Shown: positions 8,956 to 19,587, numbered from the stretch's first letter. The stretch: DNA of 64,000 nucleotides from Gemmatimonadota bacterium (GCA_036679645.1 JAZDCY010000014.1:1-64000); one strand, 5' to 3'. The notes: generated from the sequence alone by a model not told the origin. A program made the numbers and translations.

Positions 8956-8958
8956 CGG

Positions 8959-10005
8959 CTAACGGGCGCCCGCGATCCGCTCCTCCGCTAGCCTGTCTGC
9001 GGCTTCGGCCGTGCTGATCCCGCGCTCCTTCGCTGCGTTGATGACCTCGAGCGTCTGATCATAAATGCGTGATACGGTACGCAACACTTGCTCGTCATCG
9101 GCGTTACCCCGTAACACTTCCTGGCAACGGATCAGTCCTCCGGAGTTCACGAGATAGTCGGGCCCGTAGACAATACCGCGATCCATCAACGCGCCTCCGT
9201 GGCGCGGTTCGGCCAGGACGTTGTTTGCCGACCCGGCAATGCCCCGACAACGCAGCTCGGGAACGGTGTCGTCATTGAGGATGCCGCCGACCGAGCACGG
9301 CGAGAACACATCGCACTCCACCCCGTAGATCAGTTCGGGCTCGACGACTTCCGCTCCGAACTCCGCGGCGACTTTCTCCAACGGTTCACGAGCGATGTCC
9401 GTCACCGTCAGTTTCGCGCCCCCCTCGTGACAATACTTGGCGACGAAATACCCGACGTGCCCCACACCTTGGATCGCGACGTGACGACCAGTCAGCGCAT
9501 CACTCCCCGTCGCCGCCTCGAGCACAGCGCGTATCCCCGCCGTAACACCGTACGCCGTAGCGAACGACGGATCACCGCGTCCCCCCGCATCTTCATGGAC
9601 GCACGACACATGCGATGTCACGCCGCGAATTACCGCCATGTCGCGCGAACCGGTTCCGATGTCCTGTCCGGCTATATACGAACCGCCAAGCCCATCGATG
9701 AACCGACCCAGCGCCTCGAGCAGCGGCTTGGTCTTCTGGGTGCGCGGATCACCTATGATCACCGATTTCCCGCCGCCCAGATCGCAGCCGCTGATGGCCG
9801 CCTTGTAGGTCATGCCTCTCGCCAACCGGAGCACGTCCTCGAGCGCTTCCTCCTCGGTCGCGAACGGCCGCATGCGCACCCCGCCAAGTGCCGGCCCGAG
9901 CGTCGTGTCGTGGATGGCGATGATGGCACGGAGGCCCGACCGGTTGTCGTTACAGAAGAGAACCCGCTCGAAGTCCTGCGCCGCCAACCTGTCGAAGATC
10001 TCCAT
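8959..10005 (-). CDS. Glu/Leu/Phe/Val dehydrogenase (leucine dehydrogenase-like)
   Basis: IHDTTLGPALGG.R, GMTYK, GGGKSVI, QGVGHVG, GSANN. Confidence 0.93.
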   Translation of the reverse strand: MEIFDRLAAQDFERVLFCNDNRSGLRAIIAIHDTTLGPALGGVRMRPFATEEEALEDVLRLARGMTYKAAISGCDLGGGKSVIIGDPRTQKTKPLLEALGRFIDGLGGSYIAGQDIGTGSRDMAVIRGVTSHVSCVHEDAGGRGDPSFATAYGVTAGIRAVLEAATGSDALTGRHVAIQGVGHVGYFVAKYCHEGGAKLTVTDIAREPLEKVAAEFGAEVVEPELIYGVECDVFSPCSVGGILNDDTVPELRCRGIAGSANNVLAEPRHGGALMDRGIVYGPDYLVNSGGLIRCQEVLRGNADDEQVLRTVSRIYDQTLEVINAAKERGISTAEAADRLAEERIAGAR

Positions 10006-10084
10006 TGACCCTTCCTCCAAAGAGGGAGAGAAGTTATATGCAATTCGCCACGATGAGAAACGTCCTCACTTCTGAGCACACCGC

Positions 10085-11407
10085 GTGAGCGCGCCGCGCG
10101 AACTCTTCGGTTCGCGACTCGGCTTCATCCTCGCGGCCGCCGGCAGCGCCATCGGCCTGGGGAACATCTGGCGTTTCCCCTACCAGGTGGCCGACGGCGG
10201 CGGTGCCGCCTTCGTCGTGCTCTACCTCCTCATGACTGTGCTCATTGGCATCCCGATGATGGCGGCCGAGTTCGTCGTGGGTCGGCGGACACGCTCCTCA
10301 CCAATCGGCGCGCTTCGGGCCGCCGCCGGCACGGCATGGGTCCCATTGGGATTCCTCTTCGTGGTGACACCGCTTCTCATTCTCGCCTACTTCTCGGTCG
10401 TGTCCGGTTGGACGCTGCGCTACACGCTCGATGCGCTGGTGGGATTCTCGCCGGCCCCGGCCGAGCGCTATGCAGAGGTTGCCGGCGGCTGGCCGGCCAT
10501 TCAGAACCACCTGATCATGATGGCGATCACGATCGCGGTGGTCATGGTGGGCGTTCGCAAGGGCATCGAGCGCGCCGCGTTCGTACTGATGCCCACGTTG
10601 GCGCTGCTGCTGATCGGGCTCGCCGTGTGGGCGTTCACGCTGGAGGGATCGGGCCCCGGCTATTCCTTCTATCTGACGCCGTCTATCGAGGACCTCTTCG
10701 ATCCGACCGTGATCAAACAGGCGGCGAGCCAGGCATTCCTGTCGCTGAGTGTCGGGATGGGCATCATGATCACCTACGCGTCGTACATCTCGAAACGCGA
10801 GAATCTCGGGCGGGAAGCGATCGTGGTATCGCTCTCCGATTTCTCGATCGCCTTCATTGGCGGGCTCGTCGTGTTCCCGGTGATCTTCGCGTTGGGGCTT
10901 TCGGAAGAGGTGCAGGGCGCAACTCTCGGCGCACTGTTCATCTCGCTCCCCGCGGCTTTCGCCGAGATGGGGACGCTGGGACGGGTCGTGGGCTTCTCAT
11001 TCTTCCTGGCGCTCGTAATCGCAGCACTGACCTCGTCCGTCTCACTGCTGGAAGTGGGGGTCGCCTCGATCATGGACGAGTTCGCCGTGAGCAGACGCAC
11101 CGCCGCGCTGACGGCGGGTCTGGCGGTGGCTGCGATCGGGGTTATCCCTGCGATGTCACCGAACTCGCTCGCTGTGCTCGACAAGGTCGCGGGCGAGTTT
11201 CTCGTGGTCGCCGGTGTGTTGGGAATGTCCCTCGTGGTGGGATGGGTTATGAAGGACCCGCTGTCAGAACTCCGGGAGGGGGCGTCGCCACTCTTCCGGC
11301 GCATCGCACCGGGCGCCATCTTCACGATCCGTTACATCGTGCCGCCCCTGGTGGCCGTCGTCGTGTGGTTCAGCCTCAGGGACACGTTCGTCCTCCTGTT
11401 CGGCTGA
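10085..11407 (+). CDS. Sodium-dependent transporter, NSS/SNF family
   Basis: GSAIGLGNIWRFPY..GGGAF signature and many TM segments. Confidence 0.95.
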   Translation: MSAPRELFGSRLGFILAAAGSAIGLGNIWRFPYQVADGGGAAFVVLYLLMTVLIGIPMMAAEFVVGRRTRSSPIGALRAAAGTAWVPLGFLFVVTPLLILAYFSVVSGWTLRYTLDALVGFSPAPAERYAEVAGGWPAIQNHLIMMAITIAVVMVGVRKGIERAAFVLMPTLALLLIGLAVWAFTLEGSGPGYSFYLTPSIEDLFDPTVIKQAASQAFLSLSVGMGIMITYASYISKRENLGREAIVVSLSDFSIAFIGGLVVFPVIFALGLSEEVQGATLGALFISLPAAFAEMGTLGRVVGFSFFLALVIAALTSSVSLLEVGVASIMDEFAVSRRTAALTAGLAVAAIGVIPAMSPNSLAVLDKVAGEFLVVAGVLGMSLVVGWVMKDPLSELREGASPLFRRIAPGAIFTIRYIVPPLVAVVVWFSLRDTFVLLFG

Positions 11408-11478
11408 GCGGCGGAGTTCGGCAGGTGAACCCGCCGTTGCCGCTGAAGCGGCGGGGGGAAAAGGAGTCCAGAAGAACC

Positions 11479-12359
11479 ATGGCCGTCGCCGACCTGGACG
11501 ATCTGTTCGCACCCGAGGTCAACGCGGATCCGTTCCCATACTTCGAATGGACGTGCTCACCGATCTCGCCGCCCCTCTTCCGGTGCGGGTCATTGCACAG
11601 ATGATGGGAGTCCCCTACGAGGACCGGGACCACTTGCGGGAACTCGCGGACAAGATCCTCTGGGCCAACCGCGGCGAATCCTACCGCCTGCGACCGCTCA
11701 CGGAGGGCATGCGTGGGTTGCTCGAGTACGCGGCGCCGCTCGTCGAGCAACGACTGAACGACCCCGCCGACGATTTCATTTCTGTCCTGGCGCGAGGCGA
11801 AAAGACCGGCGTGTTCACCCGATACCAGGTATTGGTCAACACGGCGTTGCTGCTGTTCGCGGGACATGAGACGACGATGAACCTCATCTGTAACGGCCTG
11901 GTTGCGTTCATCACTCACCCCAATCAGTGGGAGCGACTCCGATCCGACCCCAGCGGTATGGCACGTGCGGCGGTCGAGGAGTGTCTGCGATTCGATCCGC
12001 CGGTCAAGTCGACGCAACGCGTCGCCGCACAGGATGTCGAACTCGGCGGCAAGACAATTCACGAAGGCGATCGCATCCGTTGGATTATTGCGTCGGCCAA
12101 TCGAGACTCGGCTGTGTTTGCCGATCCCGACAGCTTTGACATTGGGCGCCACCCAAACCCGCATATCGCATTCGGGTCGGGAACGCACTACTGTCTGGGA
12201 GTGACGTTGGCCCGGATGGAAGGTCAAGAGGTCTTTCGCGCATTGGCAGAGCGGTTCCCCAGGTTCACGCTCGAGACCGACGAGCTGGATTACCAGCCAA
12301 GCCTCCAGTTCCGGTCGCTCAAGTCCCTGCCGGTACGGTGGGACAAGGAGGAGACATGA
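11479..12359 (+). pseudogene. Cytochrome P450 with a large internal deletion and frameshift near 11545
   Basis: AAGGAG then MAVADLDDLFAPEVNADPFPYF jumps out of frame to MDVLTDLAAPLPVRVI. AGHETT, EECLR and FGSGTHYCLG are retained. Confidence 0.85.
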
Positions 12360-12589
12360 CCCGTCAGTTGCGTGTCCGGGTCGATCACGGTTCCTGCGTG
12401 GGAAACGCCATGTGTCTCGACACCACACCACGCGTGTTCGCCCATAACGCCGACCGCCAATCGGAGGTCATCGACCCGGCGGGTGATACATCCGACAAGA
12501 TTCTCGAGGCGGCATCGAATTGTCCGACCAGTGCGATCCACGTCGGGGATGCCGCGACCGGTGAGCGGCTGTTCCCCCCGGCCAACTGA
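12356..12589 (+). CDS. P450-associated ferredoxin
   Basis: CVGNAMC...NCP; RBS AGGAGG; overlaps the P450 stop. Confidence 0.9.
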   Translation: MTRQLRVRVDHGSCVGNAMCLDTTPRVFAHNADRQSEVIDPAGDTSDKILEAASNCPTSAIHVGDAATGERLFPPAN

Positions 12590-13425
12590 TGTCGCCAACC
12601 ATGGGCACGCCGAAACGGTCTGCGGAAGGAAGACCGGTATCGATCCTGGATCTCGTCGCGATGAAGCAGCGGGGCGAGAAGATCGTGATGACAACGGCGT
12701 ACGACGCGCTGTTCGGATCGCTCGTGGACCGTGCGGGCGTCGACGTCATCCTGGTAGGTGACTCGGTGGCAACGGTGCTGGGTGGTCACGACACCACGCT
12801 GCCCGCCACCGTGAAGCAGATGATCTATCACGGCCGCATGGTGCGGCGCGGTGTCACGCGCGCGCTCTTGGTCATCGACCTTCCGTTCATGAGCTATCAG
12901 GTCTCGACGGAAGATGCGTTGCGGAACGCCGGTCGGGTGCTCAAGCGGACGGGGGCCGGCGCAGTGAAGCTCGAGGGCGGGCAGACGGTGGCGCCGACGG
13001 TGGCGGCATTGGTGGGCGCGGGCATCCCCGTCATGGGCCATCTGGGATTCACGCCACAATCCGTTCACGCGCTCGGCGGGCATCGCATTCAGGGGAAAGT
13101 CGAATCGGCCGAGCAACAGCTGATCGAGGATGCCAAGGCGCTCGAACAGTCCGGTGTGTTCGCGATCGTGCTCGAGTTGATGCCGGCACCGGCTGCCCAA
13201 CGCGTCACGGAAGCCGTGTCGGTGCCGACGATTGGGATCGGCGCCGGGCCTAAGTGTGACGGCCAGGTGCTGGTGTTACACGACCTCTTGGGGTTGAACG
13301 AGGACTTCACACCGAAGTTCCTCAAACGCTACGCAGAGTTGGGTCAGGCCGTACGCGAGGCCGTGTCGCGGTTTGGCGCGGAGATTCGAGCTGGGGAGTA
13401 TCCGGACGCCGAACACAGTCATTAG
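12589..13425 (+). CDS. panB: 3-methyl-2-oxobutanoate hydroxymethyltransferase
   Basis: TAYD, ILVGDS, DLPF, VKLEGG, GHLGFTPQ, GIGAG..CDGQVLV. Confidence 0.97.
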   Translation: MSPTMGTPKRSAEGRPVSILDLVAMKQRGEKIVMTTAYDALFGSLVDRAGVDVILVGDSVATVLGGHDTTLPATVKQMIYHGRMVRRGVTRALLVIDLPFMSYQVSTEDALRNAGRVLKRTGAGAVKLEGGQTVAPTVAALVGAGIPVMGHLGFTPQSVHALGGHRIQGKVESAEQQLIEDAKALEQSGVFAIVLELMPAPAAQRVTEAVSVPTIGIGAGPKCDGQVLVLHDLLGLNEDFTPKFLKRYAELGQAVREAVSRFGAEIRAGEYPDAEHSH

Positions 13426-13454
13426 TACTGACGAGACGCTCAGGTGCTCAGGCG

Positions 13455-13895
13455 CTACTGATCGACCAGAGGATTCACGACGCGAAGAAACTGAAACTGG
13501 TGGAAGTCCGTGTCGGCGGTGCGAATCTCCGGAATACCGTGCTCCCTCATCAGCACGGCAGTGTGGAAATCGTGCACGGGATTGCCGGAAAGCCGGGGAT
13601 GCCGCCCGGTCAACTCCTCGAGCACCTCCCCGTGACGATCGGTTTCCACCAGCAGACCCGCGCGCGGCGAGGCCAGGAGCACGCCAATCCAGTTCCATGC
13701 GGTACGCAAGTCGAGCGGCTCGGCAAAGACGCTTGGATGCGTGCTCACGCGCAGAAACTCGTACACGATTCCCCACGTCACAAACCACGACCGGTCGCCT
13801 CGCCGCCAGGTCTCGAGCAATCCATGCGCGCGGCCGTGGTCGGGCGAGTCGGGGTTTACCGCATACAGTAGGAGGTTCGTGTCGACCACGAACAA
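13455..13895 (-). CDS. vapC: PIN-domain toxin (VapC-like)
   Basis: VVDTNLLLYA, YEFLRV.TH, GN.VHD, TADTDF. Confidence 0.9.
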   Translation of the reverse strand: MFVVDTNLLLYAVNPDSPDHGRAHGLLETWRRGDRSWFVTWGIVYEFLRVSTHPSVFAEPLDLRTAWNWIGVLLASPRAGLLVETDRHGEVLEELTGRHPRLSGNPVHDFHTAVLMREHGIPEIRTADTDFHQFQFLRVVNPLVDQ

Positions 13896-13898
13896 CGC

Positions 13899-14126
13899 TT
13901 ACACGCCTTCCATGGCCCGATAAAGAGCATCGCGATCGGCCAAATCCACCTTGGGGCGCCCCATTGGGTGGGTCGGCAACGGCGCGAGGTTGTCGACCTC
14001 GGCGGGCGCCTCCAATCCCCGGCGCACAACCTCCGCTACCACAGCGGAAAGCGTCTCACCCTGGCGCGCCGCCCGCCGCTTCAGCCGGCGCATGAGATGA
14101 TCCGGAATGATGAGCGTCGTCTTCAT
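13899..14126 (-). CDS. RHH antitoxin (VapB-like)
   Basis: MKTTLIIPDHLMRRLKRRAA..G.TLS; directly upstream of the PIN gene. Confidence 0.85.
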   Translation of the reverse strand: MKTTLIIPDHLMRRLKRRAARQGETLSAVVAEVVRRGLEAPAEVDNLAPLPTHPMGRPKVDLADRDALYRAMEGV

Positions 14127-14151
14127 ATGAAAAATCATACTTGCCATATGG
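14123..14151 (-). promoter_or_regulatory. Operator pair and -10 box of a probably leaderless TA transcript
   Basis: Palindromes TCATATGA (14123) and CCATATGG (14144) are 21 bp apart; TATGAT lies 7 nt before the ATG on the minus strand. Confidence 0.6.
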
Positions 14152-14203
14152 AAATTCGTCAATGCAGGTCGCACCCCTCGGGGCGGCTGGACCCCACCTC
14201 ACC

Positions 14204-14614
14204 TCAGACCAACTCCGCCAGCACCGACTTCGGGGTCGCGGCACGTACCGGGGACTTCACGTAGTCCCGCACGTTGCGGGTCGCGATGACATCCGCCCCG
14301 CACGCCTCCGCGGCCACAACCTGCATGGCGTCCTCGAAGTCCTTGAGGGCGAGCCCCGCCGCACGTCGCAGGCCCGCCGTTTTTGTCGAGGCGACCTCGA
14401 CAAAGCGCAACAGTTCGAGCACGAACTCCCGCGCAGAGGCCCCGCCCCGTGAGGCCGCAACGAGGTAATAGAAGTTGGACGCCGTGTGCCATGCCACGAA
14501 CCCGGCTCCTAATCCACGCTGCAAGGCGTCGAGCAACTGGGCCGCCGGCTCCGCATGCGGCGTGCGGTCGAGTGCCACGTCAATCAGGACATCGGTGTCT
14601 AGCAGAACGATCAC
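14204..14614 (-). CDS. PIN-domain toxin (PIN_3-like)
   Basis: LLDTDVLID, DFEDAMQ, IATRNVRDY; GTG start overlaps the antitoxin stop. Confidence 0.9.
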   Translation of the reverse strand: MIVLLDTDVLIDVALDRTPHAEPAAQLLDALQRGLGAGFVAWHTASNFYYLVAASRGGASAREFVLELLRFVEVASTKTAGLRRAAGLALKDFEDAMQVVAAEACGADVIATRNVRDYVKSPVRAATPKSVLAELV

Positions 14615-14832
14615 AGGTACTTCTTGGCCAGGGCCCGGTATCGCGGATCCTTGCGCCCCGTGGACCGAAACCGCCCACGCCACCGCTCGGCAAACGAACC
14701 GGCCTGCTCGACACTCATCGCCCGCAGGGCCTGCTCGATCACGTGCGACAACGAGACACCGCGTGAGGCAGCATACAGCTTGGCCTGGGGCACGAGATCC
14801 TCATCTATCGTGATCGTGAGTTTGGTTTTCAT
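14611..14832 (-). CDS. RHH antitoxin (DUF6364-like)
   Basis: MKTKLTITIDEDLV..AK.YA..RGVSLS; ends in RYRALAKKYL. Confidence 0.85.
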   Translation of the reverse strand: MKTKLTITIDEDLVPQAKLYAASRGVSLSHVIEQALRAMSVEQAGSFAERWRGRFRSTGRKDPRYRALAKKYL

Positions 14833-14847
14833 CAGGGCCTCAACACG

Positions 14848-14878
14848 TATACGTATAGACAACTATAGTATACGTATA
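14848..14878. promoter_or_regulatory. Two perfect TATACGTATA palindromes, putative antitoxin operators
   Basis: 14848..14857 and 14869..14878, 21 bp apart, just upstream of the antitoxin start. Confidence 0.7.
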
Positions 14879-15097
14879 TCGTTCAGATCAGTCTAGCCCC
14901 AAGTCCTCCCCAGTGTATAGACCTAATTGGGTGCAGCCCAGCACCGAATCCCCGCTCGCGTGTGGCGTTTCGCCGAAAGTGGCCTTGCCTCCCACCCCAT
15001 CTTTCCTTAATTACGGGGACCAAATCGCTCGGCTTTCGGCTAGTCGGAGTAGACCCGGGAAATCCGGCGATCCCTTGGCCACCCCGTTCTCACCGGA

Positions 15098-17581
15098 GTG
15101 ACGCCTGACGTGAGTTATTGCCCACAATGTGGCGCTGAGATCCCCGCCGAGGCCGTGTTCTGCATACAGTGCGGAGCGGCCTCTGATGCGTCGCAGGTCA
15201 ACGCGCCTACCGCACACATGCGGGCCAGCGAGATATCCCGCGTTGGGACCCCACCACCGCGCTCCGGTGCGTCCGCGGCGACCGCTACTTCCCAAGCCGA
15301 CGCCCTGCTCGAGACCGTACGTGCCGCAACGCTGGGTGAGTACGAGGTGATGACAGAGTTGGGCCGCGGCGGAATGGCGGCTGTATTCCTTGCTCACGAG
15401 ATCGCGCTGGACCGCAAGGTCGCCCTCAAGGTTGTGCTCCCCGCGCTCGAGCAGATCAGCCCGGGGATCGCAGAGCGATTCCTGCGCGAAGCGCGCACGT
15501 CAGCGGGGTTGAGTCATCCGCACGTCATCCCGGTCTACGCGGTCAAGCAGACCCCCGACCTGGTGTATTTCGTGATGAAATACGTACCCGGCCGCACGCT
15601 GGAGAGCGTGATTCAGGATCTCGGGTCCATCCCGGTCCCGATCATTCGGACCATTCTCCATCAGGTCGGCAGCGCGCTCGACTACGCGCACCGCAACGGC
15701 GTCATCCACCGGGACATCAAGCCCGCCAACATCATCCTCGACAATGAGGGCTGGGCGGTCGTCACCGACTTCGGCATCGCGAAGGTGGCGGAGGCCGAGG
15801 CGCTGACGATGACCGGCGCCACGGTGGGCACGCCCCAATACATGAGTCCGGAGCAGTGCGGCGGACTGGACGTGACCGGCGCATCAGATCAGTACTCGCT
15901 CGGCATCATGGCTTACGAAATGATCACGGGCAAGCCTCCCTTTGGCGACAAGTCTCCCATCACCGTGATGTATGAGCACTGCCACACGCCGGTTCCGCCG
16001 ATCGCCGACAAGATCGCGGATTGCCCGGCGGAGCTGGTCGCTGCGGTGATGCGCATGCTCGAGAAGGAACCGGCCGACCGCTGGCCGACGATCGAGGATG
16101 CGGTGGCTGCGTTCGGGGCCGCTACCGACTCGGAGCAGCAGATGGTGCGGACGCAGATCTTGGAGCTGGCCAAGCGCGACAGCACCAACGCGTTGCTCGA
16201 GAAGTTCCATACTCCCTCGTCCCCCGCGCCATGGAGCCGCTCGGCGCCACGTCGCGCAAGCTCCAAGTCAACGCAGGCGGACCGAAAGCGGAGTCGCCTG
16301 CTGCTCGTCGGAATTCCGGTGACGCTCATATTGCTCGCCGGCGCCGTGGGCCTTGGACTTGCCTTGGGCGGGAGTGACACACCGGCCGACGAACAGCCGG
16401 TACCGCCAGCCCCGGGCCCGTCACCTGCCGCGGTCGCACCGTTGACGGCGTTGGATCTAGCGCCGGCGCCCCCGTCGGTGGAGGTGGGTCAGGTGGTGCA
16501 ACTCGCCGCGGGCGGCCGTGATTCGATGGGACAGACAGTTGCGACACCGGATCTCGCGTGGTCGGTCGATGACCCGGCCGTCGCCAGCATCTCACCGTCG
16601 GGTCAGCTCGCCGCACTGGCTCGAGGCGTCGTGCGCGTGACGGCACGAAGTGACGGGCAGTCCGCCACCGTAACGCTGCGCGTCGTGGCCGCGTCACCGC
16701 GCGCACCGCGACCAGCAACACCGCAATCTATTGCGACCATCGCCGTGCAACCGCCCACCGCGACGATGCGAGTAGGTGAATCCGTGACCTTGCGCGCGGT
16801 GTTGCGCGATGCCACCGGGACGGCACTCACCGATCGCACGATCAGTTGGACATCTGATGCGCCGGGGATCGCCCCCGTGACTGCGGCGGGAGTCGTGACC
16901 GGCGTAGCAGCCGGGAGCGCGCGCATCTCTGTGAGCAGCGAAGGACAACGTGTAACCATCGGAATCGAGGTCACGGCTGTCCCGATCACCGACGTGGCCG
17001 TGACGCCCGATCGGCAAACACTCGATGTCGGTGCCGTTACCGGCCTCACGGTCGTGCTGCAAGATGCCAACGGGCGCGCCGTAACCGGCCGACCAATCGC
17101 GTGGACCTCGAGCAACCGGAATGTCGCGACCGTAAGCAGTGCCGGCCGCGTCACGGCGGTGGCACCGGGGACTACCAATATTCGCGCGACGGCAGATGGC
17201 GTCACGGGCACTGCCACGATCACCGTAACGGCACCCCCTCCGGTTGTCGCCGCGCCACCCAATGCACGTGTCGCGTCCGAACGCATCCTGCGGGCCTACG
17301 GCCAGGCGCTCGAGTCACGCGACGTCTCCCGGGTGCGGCAAGCGTATCCCGGCCTCACCGCCAACCAGGCGCGCGCGTGGGAGCGGTTCTTCGGCACCGT
17401 GAACGAACTCGAGGTGACACACGAGGTCCTCGACGTCCGCACTCGTGACGATTCGACCGCCACAGTGCGCGTGCGCGCTACGCACATGTACCGGGCGGCG
17501 CGCACCGAAGACCGCACCTTCGAGTTCACCGCCACATTGCGCCTCGTTGGGGGCCGCTGGCAGCTCGCCGCTATCGAGTAG
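15098..17581 (+). CDS. Membrane Hanks-type Ser/Thr kinase with N-terminal zinc ribbon, three Big_2 Ig-like domains and a C-terminal NTF2/SnoaL-like domain
   Basis: CPQC..CIQC, GRGGMA, VALK, HRDIKPAN, DFG, TM segment, repeated W.S....A.V...G.V. Confidence 0.93.
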   Translation: MTPDVSYCPQCGAEIPAEAVFCIQCGAASDASQVNAPTAHMRASEISRVGTPPPRSGASAATATSQADALLETVRAATLGEYEVMTELGRGGMAAVFLAHEIALDRKVALKVVLPALEQISPGIAERFLREARTSAGLSHPHVIPVYAVKQTPDLVYFVMKYVPGRTLESVIQDLGSIPVPIIRTILHQVGSALDYAHRNGVIHRDIKPANIILDNEGWAVVTDFGIAKVAEAEALTMTGATVGTPQYMSPEQCGGLDVTGASDQYSLGIMAYEMITGKPPFGDKSPITVMYEHCHTPVPPIADKIADCPAELVAAVMRMLEKEPADRWPTIEDAVAAFGAATDSEQQMVRTQILELAKRDSTNALLEKFHTPSSPAPWSRSAPRRASSKSTQADRKRSRLLLVGIPVTLILLAGAVGLGLALGGSDTPADEQPVPPAPGPSPAAVAPLTALDLAPAPPSVEVGQVVQLAAGGRDSMGQTVATPDLAWSVDDPAVASISPSGQLAALARGVVRVTARSDGQSATVTLRVVAASPRAPRPATPQSIATIAVQPPTATMRVGESVTLRAVLRDATGTALTDRTISWTSDAPGIAPVTAAGVVTGVAAGSARISVSSEGQRVTIGIEVTAVPITDVAVTPDRQTLDVGAVTGLTVVLQDANGRAVTGRPIAWTSSNRNVATVSSAGRVTAVAPGTTNIRATADGVTGTATITVTAPPPVVAAPPNARVASERILRAYGQALESRDVSRVRQAYPGLTANQARAWERFFGTVNELEVTHEVLDVRTRDDSTATVRVRATHMYRAARTEDRTFEFTATLRLVGGRWQLAAIE

Positions 17582-17611
17582 CGCCAACCGAATCATCGCC
17601 CTGGAGGGTAC

Positions 17612-18946
17612 ATGACGCGCACCGTCTTGGTGCTGATCACGCTGTTCACGCTGGCACCACCGCTCACCGCACAGAGCCTGCGCGATCAGATTGGGCAGTT
17701 GTTCGTCTTTGGTACGGGACAAGATCCGCTGTTCCTTGCCGGCACGGCCGATCCCAATAATCCCGCCGCGGTCCAGGCGCACTCGAGCCACTTCATTCCA
17801 TCGGCGGTCGACAACAACGGCACGTTGATCGCGTTTCTCACCAACGCGGTCGGCACGAGCATTACCAACCTGCCGATCAGCGCGACGAGTGGCGGACCCA
17901 CGTTCCGCTTCGAGGGCGGCCTACCCATTCAGACATCGACTTCGCCGGGCCCCGTCTTCGCCGAGCGGGCACGCACGCTCGGCCGCGGCCGCGTGCTCGT
18001 GGGCGCGAACGTGAACGTGTTCCATTTCAAATCGGTACGCGGCGTGAACCTCGATGACATCCAGCTCAACTTCACCCACGTGAACGCCGATTTCCCAGGT
18101 TGTGATACGATCTTCGGCGGCGATTGCTCGAAGGTGGGAATTCCAGGTCTCGAGAACGACTTCATCCAACTGAACCTCTCGCTCGACCTCGAGGTCCGGT
18201 CGGTCTTGTTTCTGCTCTCGTACGGCCTGCTCGATTGGGTGGACATTGGGGTCGCTGTTCCCGTCATCACGACCACGCTGCGGGGAGTGAGCAACGCGCA
18301 GGTCGTCCCGTTCGGCGGGCCGACCGCCTCGCACTTCTTTGCGGGCACACCGGCCAACCCCGATCTCTTTGCCACGCGCACTGCCGAAGGATCCGCAACG
18401 GGACTCGGTGACGTGGCCGCTCGCATCAAGATCGCGGTGCGGCAGTCGGGCTCGGCACAGTTTGCCGTGCTCGCGGACGCGCGGCTCGCGACCGGCAGTG
18501 AGGAGGACCTGCTCGGATCGGGCGCCGCGTCGCTCAGGGGGCTCGGCATTCTGTCCGCCGAGTTTGGCGCGTTCACACCGCACGTGAACGTCGGATATCT
18601 CTATCGCAGCGGTGAGACCGAGACCGACGCGCTGCTGACCACCATCGGCTTCGACCACGCGCTAGCCGACTGGGTTGTCGTGGCGGTCGACCTCATCTCC
18701 GAGCTGCAGGTCGGAGACAACGCCCTTACACTCCCTGCACCGGTGACGGTCGAGGTACCGTTCCGCCGCGTGATCGTGCCGACCAACATCCCGAACCGCC
18801 GCGACGACATCATCAATGGCGCGTTCGGTTTCAAGTTCCTCACGTCGAGCGGTCTGACACTGGTGACGAATACGCTGTGGCCGTTGAACCGCGGCGGGCT
18901 GCGACCCAACGTGGCGTGGACTTTCGGGATCGAGTACAGTTTCTGA
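17612..18946 (+). CDS. Putative outer-membrane beta-barrel protein (MetA-pathway/transporter-like)
   Basis: Signal peptide, GLGDV..R.K, TGSEEDLLGSG, C-terminal GIEYSF. Confidence 0.75.
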   Translation: MTRTVLVLITLFTLAPPLTAQSLRDQIGQLFVFGTGQDPLFLAGTADPNNPAAVQAHSSHFIPSAVDNNGTLIAFLTNAVGTSITNLPISATSGGPTFRFEGGLPIQTSTSPGPVFAERARTLGRGRVLVGANVNVFHFKSVRGVNLDDIQLNFTHVNADFPGCDTIFGGDCSKVGIPGLENDFIQLNLSLDLEVRSVLFLLSYGLLDWVDIGVAVPVITTTLRGVSNAQVVPFGGPTASHFFAGTPANPDLFATRTAEGSATGLGDVAARIKIAVRQSGSAQFAVLADARLATGSEEDLLGSGAASLRGLGILSAEFGAFTPHVNVGYLYRSGETETDALLTTIGFDHALADWVVVAVDLISELQVGDNALTLPAPVTVEVPFRRVIVPTNIPNRRDDIINGAFGFKFLTSSGLTLVTNTLWPLNRGGLRPNVAWTFGIEYSF

Positions 18947-19386
18947 GAAATTGGGTCGGCGGGTGAACCTGCCGCTCGGCTCTCGCCACTGAGTCGCGAG
19001 TTTAGGCGTGCCCTCCACTCGCGGACGGGCACGGTATCATTGCGGCCAGCGTCGAGACGGCGTCGAGATCTGACAATCCAAGCTGTTATCCAACAATCAC
19101 TTGGGTCATATTCGCTCCCCGGTCGACACGCGGGAAGCGGCGACTGTGCGATAGTAGCGCCACCATAGCGCCACTGTCACGTCACATGAACAGCTACTGA
19201 GATCGTAGCACTTAAGCGCTTACAATACAATTGCTTACGCTTCACAAAACACACTCTGAAGCCGCCGCTAGGCTCTGCCTGTGTCCACTCGCATCAAAGG
19301 CCCACGTACGCGTGAAGAACGGCGGCATGAAGCGCTTCCTCGGGAATCCACCCGTGATCTAGCCGCCCATCATCGAATCTGGGTCA

Positions 19387-19587
19387 CTAGTCGCACAGCA
19401 TCGCGCAGCGCGCGCACTCGGGGCACCACCACTCGCGCACGAAGCCGCCGCTTCCCACCGCTGCCGGACCGACCAATAGCCGCCTATCGCAGCGTGGGCA
19501 TTCCGCCAAACCATCTTCACTCACCGCTACGCGCATACGGTCGGACTCATCCAGCGCAAACGTCACTGGCGTATCCCGAACAGGCAT
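19387..19587 (-). CDS. Small zinc-ribbon protein (66 aa)
   Basis: RBS AAGGAG before ATG; CPRC and CPEC. Confidence 0.55.
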   Translation of the reverse strand: MPVRDTPVTFALDESDRMRVAVSEDGLAECPRCDRRLLVGPAAVGSGGFVREWWCPECARCAMLCD

